NCBI GenBank assembly: GCA_028534125.1
Contig: CM052816.1
Coordinates: 29,018,001-29,082,000 of the forward strand
DNA: 64,000 nucleotides
Origin: Lama glama
Taxonomy: Eukaryota
Direction: 5' to 3'
A program made the position numbers and the translations under genes. Below are positions 24,839-37,710 of this stretch, piece by piece. Under the pieces are notes generated by a model. The model was not told the DNA's origin, did no database searches, and saw only the letters and a program-made list of their open reading frames with translations. How positions within the stretch are numbered: the first letter of the stretch is position 1; every line of letters begins with the position of its first letter.

Positions 24839-24922
24839 TTTGAAGAAGCTCCTGAAGAATGTTGGACTCCTTTGAGTTATTCCGTGGAATTTTATATCAT
24901 TACCATGAGCTTAGATCACACT
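24839..24922 (-). other. Candidate exon (84 bp)
   Basis: Acceptor tcttttgtgcttctgctatag|A, donor AAA|gtatgt. Best frame has one stop (SVI*AHGNDIKFHGITQRSPTFFRSFFK). Confidence 0.4.
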
Positions 24923-27289
24923 CTATAGCAGAAGCACAAAAGACACTCTTCCCTTCATCCAGACATTGGAAAAGGCTTCAATGCTTTTTGTAAAGCAACC
25001 AGAATCCATACATGCAATGCTGGTCCCTGGAAGTTAGTAGTGATGGACACATGTTGCATGTTTTCTAAAAAGGCAGTCAGTAATTCCTCAGCTCTTCATC
25101 TGGTTCCCCAGTACCTCCTCCCACCCTCCCTCACCACACACACATCATTATCATCGTCATGCACAGAGAACAAAAATGTTTTGTTTTCTTCTTTAAGAAA
25201 CATGCATGCATATGTGTGAATGATTTGTAGTAAACATCCAATAACTAAGATGAATGCTCTTGGTTATTGTATGAACTCTACGATCTGTGAGCTTGTGATT
25301 GGTGAACATGTTGGAGGGGGTTTATATTAGGGCTTCACTGGGCACTCATGTTTTATTGGAAGTATACCACAGAGATGCTATGTGCGTGGTGTGCAGTGTG
25401 AGTTGGCAGTATTGTCCTTAAGGCAGAAGAATGTGTGTTACAGTAAGTTATCTGAGAAGTAAGGGTGTGGCATATGAGCAGTTTCGAATGAGGTGGGTTT
25501 GTGTATGGGGGGTGATAGTCAAAATATTTAATAAATATTACAACCCATTCATTGACCAATTGGAATGAACTACTGACAAACTGAAGGAACAGAAGCAATA
25601 AACAACCTACACTGCCTTATCAAACCACACTAATTAAGTATCACTCATGTGTGTTTGCACATATCTCATGGTAGACACACAATAAGAATTCAGCATATGC
25701 GTATGGTGTTTATTGAGGTTCTTCCACATGTTGGACCCTATTATGATACTAGGTTGTGGAAAAACAAATAGCTGATTTTTTTTGGATGTACAGTCACAGA
25801 TGGCTCATGAATATATCTGTGCCCCAATCTGTCCTCCACTCTCTCTGGCAAAAGGCCATGTCAATATGTGGTCTCATAACTCATAGGGAGGTCCCACAGT
25901 CAGCAAGTCCAGATAAGTAGGATTATTTTTTGCTCATTTGCCTTTGCTTATATCTCCAAAACTGTCTAACATATTTTTATTTCCAGTTTATTTCTCTCTC
26001 CCCCATTCAGGGCACTATAAGTTGTACTTAGAAAAATGTATGTGTGATTGAACAACTGAAGCCTTAAAATCAGATTTCAGCCTCTTTTCTCAGTTTGAGC
26101 CATGCCTGCATAGCTAGCAAAAAGTTGTCACAAACTATAAGTTTCAACTGTTATCTCGTTATATTAGGATGGCAATCCTTCCCTGTTTTTTATATTTTAT
26201 CTTTAATAGCTGGATTTCAGGGAAGGGAGTTAATTAACTCTATATGCACTCTCACACCTAAGACTTTCAAGTAAACAGAGAAATTTTAAGTACTTCTGGA
26301 CTCTGATGTAACATCATGAAGTGTCCCTCAGTCTTGTTGAAGAGAAAATAGGACAACAGAGCCATCTTAAGGATCTAGTATGATAGATGTGTACAGTCAG
26401 AATATCATTATTTCCCTTCTTTCTGGTACAAAATTAAGGGGCTTCAGTGGCATTCCTGTGTGGATATTTGAATATACCACAAGCTGTGGTTTTCAAACTA
26501 GTGAGTAGCCCACCTACAGGTCTGCGTGGGGGCCCTTCATCAAGGCGTGGAGGCTTTTTGGTTTTTCTCCACAAAAGCATTATAAACAGGCTCTATTATT
26601 TTCGCAACCAAATATCCGACTAAACTACATGGGAAAACTCTCAATACTTAATAAAGTCAAAAGCAGTTTGTGCCTAAACGATGAGATGCTGAAGATGCTA
26701 GTATGTCTATGTCTTGATCAACAGGAGTACATACAGTTTACAGTGTTAGTTACCACATCCATAATATGTTCCATTACCAATTTTAAGCACAAAAAGATTC
26801 CTATTGAATAATGCAAAAATTAACTTAGTTCTATGTCCTTGCACAATGTTACCATCTTAGAGCAAAGTTTTGAATTAAGTCAAGTGTTATCACTAATTAT
26901 AGGAAAACCATGTCTAACGTTGCTTACTGATTTTGAGGCTTTTTTTCTACATAGAGAAATGATAAATTTGTGCCATTGAGTGCTATATGAGCTTCAGTCT
27001 GCAAAAGTGTTTTGTTCACAACAAAATTCTCATTTAAGACAGCAAACAATTGTGGCTAAAGTACAGATGCAGTGAAGGGAAAGAGGGGGAGAAACAAGTT
27101 GCAATAAACACTAATAACCACAACTTTTATGTAGTTTATCATATAAATCTCTTCCTAAGTGAGTAATAATATTTCTGCCTAGACTTATACTCGTAAGTGA
27201 TTTTACTAGTTAGGACACTTAACTTCTGCTCGACTAACAGACAACCTTGCATATGATCTCAAAATCTATTTAAAAACATAATACCCAAG

Positions 27290-28445
27290 ATATCTTTTTT
27301 TCAGTGAATCTGTGACTTCCAATCTGCCCAAGATAAAGTAACAGGGATCAGATTTACAGTCTGACCTAAAAAAAAAAAAAAAAAACCTGAGCAAAATATA
27401 TGAAACAAAGGTTTTTAAGACAGTGGACATCAGGCTATAAAGAAGAGATGTGAAACAAGAGTCTGTTGGTGATTGTCCCAGCTAATTGCCTTGGGGGAGT
27501 TTCCAGGCTGAAGCACAGAGCAGGGGAGCTGGAGCAAACTCACAGCATTCCCCGAGATGAGGAGGCATGTCTGATAGGCCAGGAAGACCAAGACACTAAG
27601 TTGTGCAGGACAGAGTACCGAAGAGAAGAGGTATTCAGAGAGAACACTCCAGAGATTTGCATAAACATTCTATGCAGTGTTAAGCAGAGTATAATCAACT
27701 GATAACGTGGGATGGGACTACCAGAGAGTGGGGAAAACAACAGAAAGGTTGGAGGGAACAAGAACAGGCACTCACACATACGAATGAGAATAATATCTGC
27801 TACCAGGAGCCACACTGGGGCACTGGGTAGAAGATTCAGAACAGTCTTCCCTCAGATTTGGAAAATAAATATCCCTAGGCTAACTGCTGCTCTGTTACTG
27901 CCTAATAAATATTAAAGGCGAGATATGAAAGGCTCAGACTGTTTCCAAATAATTTAACCACATTCCAGAACAAAATTCAACTGTAAGAATACAGAATTTT
28001 CAAGCACCCAACAAAGTAGAAAAAAATCAATGTCTATCACCCATTTAAAAATTAGCGGGCATGAAAAGAAGTGAGAAAATACTGCACATAATGAAAAGAA
28101 AAAAATCAATCAATCAAAATGGACTGACTACTGACACAGATGATGGAATTAGCAGACAAGAACATTAAAATGAATATTATAGCTGCATTCCATGTGTTCA
28201 AAAAGCTACAGGAAAGATTGAACATGTTAAGTAAAACCTTAAAGGCATGCATGAAAAATACCAAGTTGACTCCAAGATTAAAACTGCCATGAAATAAGTG
28301 AGATGAGATAAAAATTAAACATGAAAGTAAATACGCACTTGATAGGATTAATAAGAGAGGAGACATTGCAGAAGACAATATTAGTGAACTTAAAGTTATT
28401 CCAATAATCCCAAATGAAACCTAGAGAGATTTTTAAAAAAGACAT
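27290..28445 (+). mobile_element. Old L1 (L1MC/MD-type) 5'UTR-ORF1
   Basis: 'gatggaattagcagacaagaacattaaaa' ORF1 start region; similar to 57950-58835. Confidence 0.75.
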
Positions 28446-28447
28446 AA

Positions 28448-28560
28448 GGGGGAAGGATGTAGCTCGGTGGTAGAGTGCATGCTTACCATGCACGAGATCC
28501 TGGGTTCAAGCCCCAGTACCTTCATATAAATAAATTTTTTAAAAAAACTTTAATAAAAAA
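28448..28560 (+). mobile_element. tRNA-derived SINE, camelid Vic-1 type
   Basis: gggggaaggatgtagctcggtggtagagtgcatgcttaccatgcacgagatcctgggttcaagccccagtacc plus A/T-rich tail; A and B boxes present. Confidence 0.88.
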
Positions 28561-28574
28561 ATTTTTAAAGACAA

Positions 28575-28858
28575 GACTATAGGAGGTAATTAGGTCATGA
28601 GCGTGGAACCCTCATGAATAGGATCAATGCCCCTTATAAAAGGGACCTCAGAGAGCCCCCTCCTGCTTTTTCCACTATGTGAAGAAACAAAGAGAAAGAG
28701 TCAGTCTGCAACCCAGAAGAGGGCTGTCACCAAAACTCACCCATGCTGACACCCTGATCTTGGACTTCCAGCCTCCAGAACAGAGAGAAATAAATGTCTG
28801 TTGTCTATAAATCACCCCGTCTATAGTACTTTGTTACAGCAGCCTGAACTGACTATAC
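28575..28858 (+). mobile_element. MaLR LTR 3' part (MLT1A/MST-like)
   Basis: 'accctgatcttggacttccagcctccagaacagagagaaataaatgtctgttg'. Confidence 0.85.
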
Positions 28859-28859
28859 C

Positions 28860-29450
28860 AACTACTTTGGAAAGTCTTTTAAAGTTTCTTAAAAAGTTTA
28901 AATATTTGCCCAGCCATTCCACATCTCAGCTTTTCCTGAAGAGACATGAAAGCAGAAGTCCACACAAAGACGTATATGTAAATGTTTATACCAGCTTTAT
29001 TGGAATAGTGAAAAACCAGCAACAAATCAAATGTTCATCAACAGGAGAATGCATAAACACACTGTGGTATGTATGCACACAGTGAAACACTAGTCACCAA
29101 TAAGAAGAAATGAATTGTTGATGCAATATGTATAAACATCAAAATAATTCTGATTAGTGAAAGGAGCCAAACAAAAGAGTGTATACTGTATGATTCCATG
29201 CATATAAAACTATAGAGAATAAAAACTAATGTATAGTGACATAAAGAGAATATGTGGTTGCTTGAAGACAGGCAGAGAGGAAAGAATGGATTACAAATGG
29301 ACACAAGGACACTTTTCAGGTGATAAATATATTCATTATTTTGATTGCCATGTTGGTTTCACAGGTATGTATGTATGTCAAATATTACCAAAATTAATTA
29401 AAAATTTGCAATTTATTGAACATGAATTATACCTCAATAAAGTTGTTTTA
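28860..29450 (+). mobile_element. L1MB/MC 3' end
   Basis: 'gagtgtatactgtatgattccatgcatataaaac...tacctcaataaagttg'. Confidence 0.8.
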
Positions 29451-29689
29451 ACAAGTAAAAGGCTAAAAATTAAAATTTAAAGGAGAAAAAAATTCAGCTA
29501 TATTTCTGTGTCAAGCTAAATATACAGGCAAGTTTAAAGGTATAAAAATAGTTAATATTAGAGAAGTTTTCCAACAGAGTAATGATATTGACTCATTATC
29601 TACATATGTATAGTATTTGCTATTAACTGCTGAACAGATATCTAACATCTGTTGGGGCTTTTAGAAAAATATTAAAAACACTATGCTGA

Positions 29690-30300
29690 GTCAGTAATCC
29701 CACTCCTGAGCATGTACCAGAGAAAACTCTAATTCAAAAAGATTCATGCACTGCAATGTTCACAGCAGCACTGTCAACAATAGCCAAGACCAGGAATCAA
29801 CCTAAATGTCCACTGACAGATGATTGAATAAAGTTGTGGTATATACATACATACATATATACAGCCATAAAAAGAATGAAATAATGCCAAGGATGGACAT
29901 ACAGATTATCATACTAAGTGAAGGAAGTCAGATGGAGAAAGACAGATATATAGTATCATTCATATGTGGAATATAAAAAAATGACACAAATGAACTTATT
30001 TATAAAACAGAAAGAGACTCACAGACATAGAAAACAAATTTATGGTTACCAAAGGGGAAGGCGGAGGAAGGATTAATTGGGAGTTGGGGATTAGCAGATA
30101 CAAACTACTATATATAAAATAGATAAACAACAAGCTCCTATTATATAGCACAGGGAAATACATTCAATATCTTGCAGTAACCTATAATGAAAAAGAATAT
30201 TAATAAATATATGTGTGTGTGTGTGTAACTGAATCACTATCCTGTACATCAGAAACTAACACAACATTGTAAATCAACAATATTTCAGTTAAAAAAAAAA
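29690..30300 (+). mobile_element. Cetartiodactyl L1 3' end with poly(A)
   Basis: ORF2 C-terminus/3'UTR ('caatagccaagacc', 'gactcacagacatagaaaacaaatttatggttacc'), poly(A) to 30300, partial TSD aaaaacac. Confidence 0.9.
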
Positions 30301-31145
30301 CACCGTATAAAGTCTATATATGCAGTTTACCTACATTACTATTAACAGGCTTAATTTCTACCAGGTAAGGAGAAAGATTTGTGTACAAATCTGTATCCCA
30401 TAGGTGGACTCACATGGCCGTAGTAGAGGTGGGAGACATGAATCCATAAGCCACAACTCAGATGCATATCTCTATATGCTTCTAATGTCCTCATTATCGA
30501 GAACCTCCACACCACACCCATAATTATATATTGCTACACAAATAATCACTTGCCTTCCCTTATTTCAAACACAACAAATTGACACTTTTGCATTTTTTTC
30601 AGTTGTTATTTTGATTGTTTGGTTGGGAGAGATGCCTCCAATTTCCCTTTGTTTAAATTATTAACTGCTTCATTTTTCAAAAAAGTATTTTAATGAATGA
30701 ATGAATATAAAAAACTTCAAGTTACTTTTATTATATAGGCCATTTATCACTTAAATTCTTCAATATTATCTAGCAACTTGGGATGGTCACAAGTGAATTT
30801 CAACCATTTAAAAAAATATTTTCTAGCAAAATTACTATACAGTTCTTTTTAAATTTTTAAATCAAAAGCTTATCTTTATCAGCTTTGGGCAGTAAAAGAT
30901 GTTATTCTTTCCCAGAGAAAAGGAAATACGTGCTGAATAGGCAGTTGTTACCCACCAACTACATTGCTGTATAGTATAATATTACTACACTGATTAATAG
31001 TAAGTAAGTTATTTAAGAAACTGACTTACTGCAGTTATTTGTTCTAAAATCAGCATTGACCTAAGCTGTTAATTATTTCCACCATGCCTAACAGCAATTC
31101 CAAAGGCACTAACTGCAATCAAAGAGCATATGTAAATGAACTTAC

Positions 31146-31201
31146 CAGAGAGGCACTTTTACGATGCATATTAAATGCAATGAAAATGTGAGAGTTGGAA
31201 A
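31146..31201 (-). other. Candidate exon (56 bp)
   Basis: Acceptor ttaattttatttttaag|T, consensus donor CTG|gtaagt. Two frames are open; one contains ATG (MHRKSASL). Confidence 0.45.
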
Positions 31202-31544
31202 CTTAAAAATAAAATTAACACAGGGAACATTACAAATTAAGGGTGCCCACACTATTGCTGATTTTCACATTATGCATATGTCAGATTAAAGGAATGAAAT
31301 AAGCATTGCTTAGCTGTGCAGTAACTGAGAAACTTGATTTGAATGTATAAATCTGTGAAGGGCACAAAATTCAATAGAAAACATTGAATATTATTGGGAG
31401 GTGAGGTATAATTAGAAACATTAAGAGGGCACGTATTACAAAAACTGATGGGCGAGTGTAAAGTTCTAGACTTTTTTATAAGAGCTGTCAGCAAATCCAT
31501 ATTGTTTCCAGGCTTCTAAGAAGCCCCCAAACCACAAAGACTAG

Positions 31545-31800
31545 CAGTAGGCTCAATGGAAGAGCGCAGGTTTTGAAGTCACAGAACATTGGAAACTCTA
31601 GCCTGGCTTCACCATTTACTTGCTGTGTAACATTAGGCAAGTTACCTAGCCTCTCAGATCCTCAGTTCCTTCACCCATACCCAATAGCAATAATAAAGAA
31701 AAAAGTACCTACCCCCATAGGATTGTAATTCAGATTGAATGAAATAATACGCACAGGAAGTACTGAACACAGTGCTCAACAGTAGAGCTTAGTAAATGGT
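31545..31800 (+). mobile_element. MIR SINE, near full length
   Basis: 'accatttacttgctgtgtaacattaggcaagttacctagcctctcagatcctcagttcc'. Confidence 0.85.
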
Positions 31801-32279
31801 ACCTGCCCTTATTAAGCTTATAGTGTTGGGCTTTTTTCCAACTTTCAGAAACACACCGTTGAGCCAAATCTAGAAGATGACTGGATTTTCTAGATCCACT
31901 TTCTATACTGTAATACTGAAATATTTAAATACAAGTGCTCCTAGACAACTATGTTTATCATTTAAACTCACTAAGGAAAAATATCATTTCTTACACTTTT
32001 TTGTAGTCCAAGAGTAGGATACTTCGCACAAATTAATTTCTTAGGAAATTTTGGTGGGTTTTATTCCAAACAAATTGTAATTGATCAATTCTCTATGAAC
32101 AAATATTCCTCCACAATTTTACGAAGAACTCTGTAACAGGAAAATATCTGTAAGATGCTACAAGAACATATTTCACAGTTATCTCAGGAATTTACTGGAA
32201 ATTCAGACATTCAAAGATAGGTGGGGAATTCTGCAATCCTATCTGTTCGAGCATCAACACACAGTTTATGTATTATAAA

Positions 32280-32880
32280 ACATTCTTGATTCCTCCATTG
32301 TCTTTGCCCTTACATCCAGTCAGTTACAAGGTCATAAACATCTCAGACTCCACCCACTGCTCTCCGGGTCCACTGCCACTTGCCAGGTCAGGACCCAAGG
32401 TTTCCCACCCAGATTTCTATTTTAGCTTCTTACCTAGTCTTCCCTTCCAGGCGTCTCTGTCTCATTTCAATTTTATATGTATCAGCTGGTATGATCTTTT
32501 CTAAAATGCATGCTATTTCTCCCCCTAAATCCCTGAAGGGCAACTATTTCCCTCAGATAAAATTATGAAGATGTTAGCACTGCATATAAAGTCCTCAGAG
32601 TGAGCTGCTCTGTACTCAAGCCTTCAGCCACATCTATTGCCACTCTCCTACCCCCACTCCCTGCCCCAAATACAAATCACACTCCAGTTAGAATAAACTG
32701 CTTCAATTCCTCAAACACACCATTCTTTCTAACACACTCATTTTCCTCCATCTGGAGCACTCTTTTTCTTCTTCCTCATCTAGTTAACTCCTACTCATCT
32801 TTTAGGTCTAGACTTAGAAGTCACTTCTTTTGAAAAAAATCCCTCCAGAGCCACTAAGTTTGGATTAGTTCGTCTCTTGT
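32280..32880 (+). mobile_element. L2 fragment
   Basis: Pyrimidine-rich L2 3' region 'ttaactcctactcatcttttaggtctagacttagaagtcacttc'. Confidence 0.65.
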
Positions 32881-32889
32881 AAGTGAAGA

Positions 32890-34400
32890 GAAGTGATTTA
32901 TTTAATCACCTACTCCCTCAAGGAATGTTTCTTGAGTGCCTACTACTTACAATCTCTGTTCTAGGCACGGGGATTCAGGAATACAGATAACGTCCAAACC
33001 CTCCAAAAACTTCTAGATAATGGAATAGGCAGAAAATTTTAAAATAAAAAAATCTATCAGATGGTCATCAGTGTCTTGAAGCAAAAAGAAATCTGAATAA
33101 GGGGAATAGGACATGTCCAGTTGAGTTGTGATGGTTGCTGATAGGATGTCAAGGAAAGCTTTAGAGAGAAGATGACATTTGAACAGAGACCTGAAAGAGA
33201 TGAGGGTGCGAGTACGGAACTTTGAGGAAAAGGAGTGGCAGGCAGTGGGAGGGGCACATGGTATGTCCCCCAGTAGGAAAGGACTTGGCTGCTGGCCTAA
33301 TTTGAAGAACAGCAAGGAAGCTAGTGAGGCTGGAGCGGATTAAGAAAGGGAGAAGACATGAGGTCAGAGAGAGAACTGGAGGAGGGCAGATCGTTTCAGG
33401 CCTCAGAAACACTATAAGACCTTTAGATCCGCTACTATACCAAATGGAAAGCCAAATGAGGGCTTGAAAGGGTAAGTGGGCCACATAACCTGACTTACGC
33501 TGTAGAGTCATGAGTAGAAGCAAGGAGACCCATTAGGCTGTTGCAATGCACACGATGAGAGCTGTCGGTGACTTCAAGTAGCAAGGAGTCGTCAGATTCC
33601 AGATGTATTTTGAAGGTAGGACCAACCGAATTTAACTGACAGATGAGATGTGAGAGATGAAAATCAAAGGTGTCTCCAAGTTTTTTGATTTGAGTAACTA
33701 GATGGATGAAATTCTCATTGCTGAAATGAGGAATGTTGCAAAAAAAGGGAGGAAGCCTGGGAAAGGCGAAGAAGACAAAGTGGATTACCTAAACGTCATT
33801 CAAGTGGTGGCATCGAGTCAGCAGTTGCATAAACAAATCTGCAGTTTGGTGGTGAAATCAGGATACAGATATTCAATATGAGTCATGCAAATCCTGTATG
33901 AGATCACCTAGGAAGGAAGGGAAATAGGAAAGAGACGAAGCCCCAGGACGGAGCCCTCATTTGGGAAGATGCGGAGAAACTAGCAAAAGAGATCAAAAAG
34001 GCATGATTGGTAAAATAAATACAAAGAGCGTGTGATCTCCTGAAAGCTGAACAAAGGAAGTATTGTAAGCAGAAGTGATCACTGTGTCAGTTGAGGCTGA
34101 TAGGTCAAGTAAGGTAAGACTAAGACATAACCATTTAATTTGGCAATACATAGGTCACTGGTGGTATTTAGAAGAGGTATTTTGATGGAAATGTAAGGTG
34201 AAAACATGCTTATATACAGTTTGGGAAAGAACAAGAGAGAAAGTGGAGTCATTGATTACTGGCTAGTTTTCCTGAGGAATTTTTCTATAAAGAGGCACAG
34301 AGATAAAGCACTATGGCTGGAAGAAAATGTGGGCTCAAGAGAAGGCTTCTTTTTAAATTAGGGAGTTTAAAAATGTTTGTGTGCTAATAGGAAGAAATGA
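32890..34400 (-). mobile_element. L2 (L2a-like), ~1.5 kb
   Basis: Reverse L2 'gagaagatgacatttgaacagagacctgaaag', 'gatgtattttgaaggtaggacc'. Confidence 0.85.
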
Positions 34401-35029
34401 ATGAATATTCTGTAGCAAGAGGATCATTTACGATATTTACCAAAGGGCTTACTAAGACTGAACATTTGTGGTTATGCCAAAACTAAAGGAATATTCTACA
34501 ATCAACCTTTCAGAACAAAGGTTTTCTTTGCAAAACAGTAATTGTAAAACAAACAACAATAAAAGGGACCAGACTTATAAGTCATTTCAAACATTTCTAT
34601 CTGTTCTATTATCACAAGGATTAAATGGTTCATTTTCAAACATTAAGGCAATATAGTCACAGATTTCACTTCTGCTAAAATTTTCTTTAAAACCACGAAG
34701 AACAGAATTGGCATAATACTCTTTCCTGTCTTCCACAACAAGTATTTATAATATCTACACCAACGACTTGGGACAGAAAGAGATCAGTGGACAAGGAGAT
34801 TATGATACAAATATTCATTTATCTTTATCTAATGCTTTATTCTTCCTAAAGATTTTTTAGTGATTAGCTTACAATTTTGCTATGAATATCAGCAGACATG
34901 TTTTTCTGAGAAACCATACGGTACTTCTTATAGGAATAAGGGTGAGAAGCAGTAAGGGACATCTGGGACTGGGAATAACTCAGTTACTAGAACAACAGAA
35001 TGGCAACCATAACCTCAACAACTACCAGT

Positions 35030-35240
35030 TACCAAATACCTGATATCTGCTCCTTGCTGTGCTTGGTGCTTTCCAAGCATTGGTTCTACTTTTCACAAAA
35101 ATCTCTGACTCCATATTATTATCCTCATATGAAAGATGCAGGGACTGATATTCAGAGAGAATATATGACTTGAGGAATGCTTCCAACTAAGTAAGATATA
35201 GAGCTGGAGAATCAAACTCAGAACTGCTTTGTTCCAGAAT
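35030..35240 (-). mobile_element. MIR SINE
   Basis: 'tattattatcctcatatgaaagatgcagggactgatattcagagag'. Confidence 0.65.
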
Positions 35241-37469
35241 ATACCTCTGTCCAACACATACTTATCAATGTTCTGCAATTAAATAGGTTAAATCTATGTA
35301 TAATTCTAAAATAGTTCTCTCTCTTTATATTTTATCCTACTATCCATATTTTCCTAAAAACTATTCTATCATCATTGCAGATAAATATTAAACAAGTATA
35401 CCGACCTCTAATAGTAAGTACCTATTCTTCTAAGTTTCCATTGGCTTAAAGAGAACAGTCTAATGGCAGCTCTGTCTCACACTTGACCCAAACAAAACTG
35501 TGATGCCTGTAAAGGGTCCATAAATCACAGTTCTCATTAGTATGCTATGTATCCTTTGTTTAACTATTCTGAGTTTTTCTTTCTTACATAATTGCATTCT
35601 GAGAAAATGTAAATGTTAAACATGAGCAAGCATCACATTGCTGTGACAATAAAAGACATTTTTTGATTTGGTGACGAGAGAAGTGGCAAAGTTAAAAACA
35701 GGAAGGTCTGAGTGGAGTCTTTTATAGGCATATAAAATTTAAATGACAGAGCCCTTTATAATCCTGCCAAAATGTAAATTCTTGAGTATATGAAAGACCA
35801 GAAGCTTTGTCTGTTTAAAACTGACAAAATACATCAGACTTTAATTGGCAGTAGAGTGATAATGGAAAGGAGATGTAGCTTAATTGGAGTTCTCTCCCTG
35901 AAAAGACAGAGCTTCGTGGTGTCACTTTAATTATTTCTAGCCATTAATCCTGCAATCATATATTACTTTCTCCATTTATTATACCAGGAAGCACTCTCTG
36001 CTGTAAATGCTATGATATTTAAAAAGCAAATGCCCAGTGAAAACAAAGAGAACCAGACTAGATTCATTGCCTTAGCAAACTGCTCTGGAGAAACATAAAC
36101 TGACTTTTAAATCATGAATGCTCAGGATGAAGAACATGGCTAATTTAATTATTAACAATGAACACTCTGGATTCAGACTACCATTTAATCTAATCATTAC
36201 TCTTCCCTGTTGTATTAATTAATTATTTAAGTAGTTAATGTGATACTTAAGAAGTTTCCTTTTAACATGAGTCTTTGATTGCTTCTACACGGCGGGATAA
36301 ATATATCACTAAAAACATACTACAATAATGGCCCCTGGTAGCAACTGTAACTGACAGTTTTACCCAGAATGGGAAGTACTCTAAAAGGAAGACATGGTCT
36401 TAAGCCTTCCATGAACCATTCATTCCATGTATAAGTCATAGTAATTACATTGTTTTCCTTTGCTTTTTGAAGAACCCATAGATGCAACAGATTCTTTTTT
36501 TTAATACATTCTTCTTTAATTTTTACTGCTTATAACTATATGCACTGTATAAGATTTTGATGCTCACTGATCTAAATGTAATTAATTGACACTGAAGTCC
36601 ATGTATTTATCTAATTTTAGAATTCCCATTTCCCACCCATTATTCAGAGGCTTAAATTTAATTTACAAACAGTTAAATTTATATTTTAGCCACTTTTAAA
36701 GGTAAATGTGTCCAATCAGTATTTTACTTCCAATCATAATTTCTAAGTATCATGCTGTAAAATTAAAATCAATAAATGAACCATTACAGCCTAGCCCAGA
36801 AATATGCCAAAAAGTGTATTTTAGTGGGAATCAAGTATAACCTCAAAATAAAAATTATCTTAATTTTTCAAATGCCTGCTCATTCCTCTAGTTCTTTTTG
36901 TAGAGATTTCCAGATTACAATAACTCTCTGTTATTACATTAAAAATTGATGTTTATTGAGTTGCATAGAGTTGGCTGATTTTTCCCAAGTGCTCCCAAAG
37001 CAAAAATGTATTTCACTGTCTTCACATTTGGGCAGAAAACCAAATATAAATTGTTGATGGCCATTTGAGATCCTTTTAGGACTGGACAGCACGTAACACT
37101 GAATTAAAAATATAATGCCAGAACGTATCTAAACAGGACTATCCTCAAATATTAATGTTTTCTAAGATCTCTACTTTTAGGAGAAAAATATTAGGAATTT
37201 ATTTTAATAGCCAGTTTCCAATATTGCTGCTGGTGTAACAAATTCAAACTTATTTCCTATATGTGTGGCCTTCTACAGTAAGCATCTGCCTAGACATGAA
37301 CCTTATATAAACTTTATGTCTAGACATGGAAGAATCTTCAACAAAAGCAAAACTGAGTTATGCTCAGAGAATAAGGCACGAAAGTTAAATCATCTTACAG
37401 AAATTTCTGACAACTAGGACTAAAGACAAAGAGGTTATTTTCTGGCCAACTAGTCACAACCATGGAATA

Positions 37470-37710
37470 GAGAAGTAATTAGGAGTATGTGCTCTGGAAT
37501 CTCAACACCTGACTTCGAAGTCTGAACCATCACATGTTCGCTGTTTAAACTTAGTAAAATAATAAACTTTCCTCTGCAGCAATTCTTTCATTTGTGTAAG
37601 AGGATAATAATTATATCTATTCACAGGTTTGGTGTGAGCATTAAATGGAATAATGAATGTACAGCACCTACAAAAGTTACTAGCATATAATAAATTTTCA
37701 ATAAACGTTA
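37470..37710 (+). mobile_element. MIR SINE
   Basis: 'ttcatttgtgtaagaggataataattatatctattcacaggtttggtgtgagcattaaatg'. Confidence 0.75.

Noticed and set aside
26480..26620. hAT/Charlie element starting 'gctgtggttttcaaact'
   Set aside because: Only one terminus-like motif was seen, with no matching inverted repeat.
7881..26800. Protein-kinase resemblance of the spliced peptide (LKLVMEH...FQLIAEVIMLH...DL)
   Set aside because: No HRD, DFG or APE motifs; the similarity is within chance.
28448..28525. tRNA gene (also 4983-5065)
   Set aside because: A and B boxes are present, but the G-rich head, A-rich tail and insertion context indicate a SINE.
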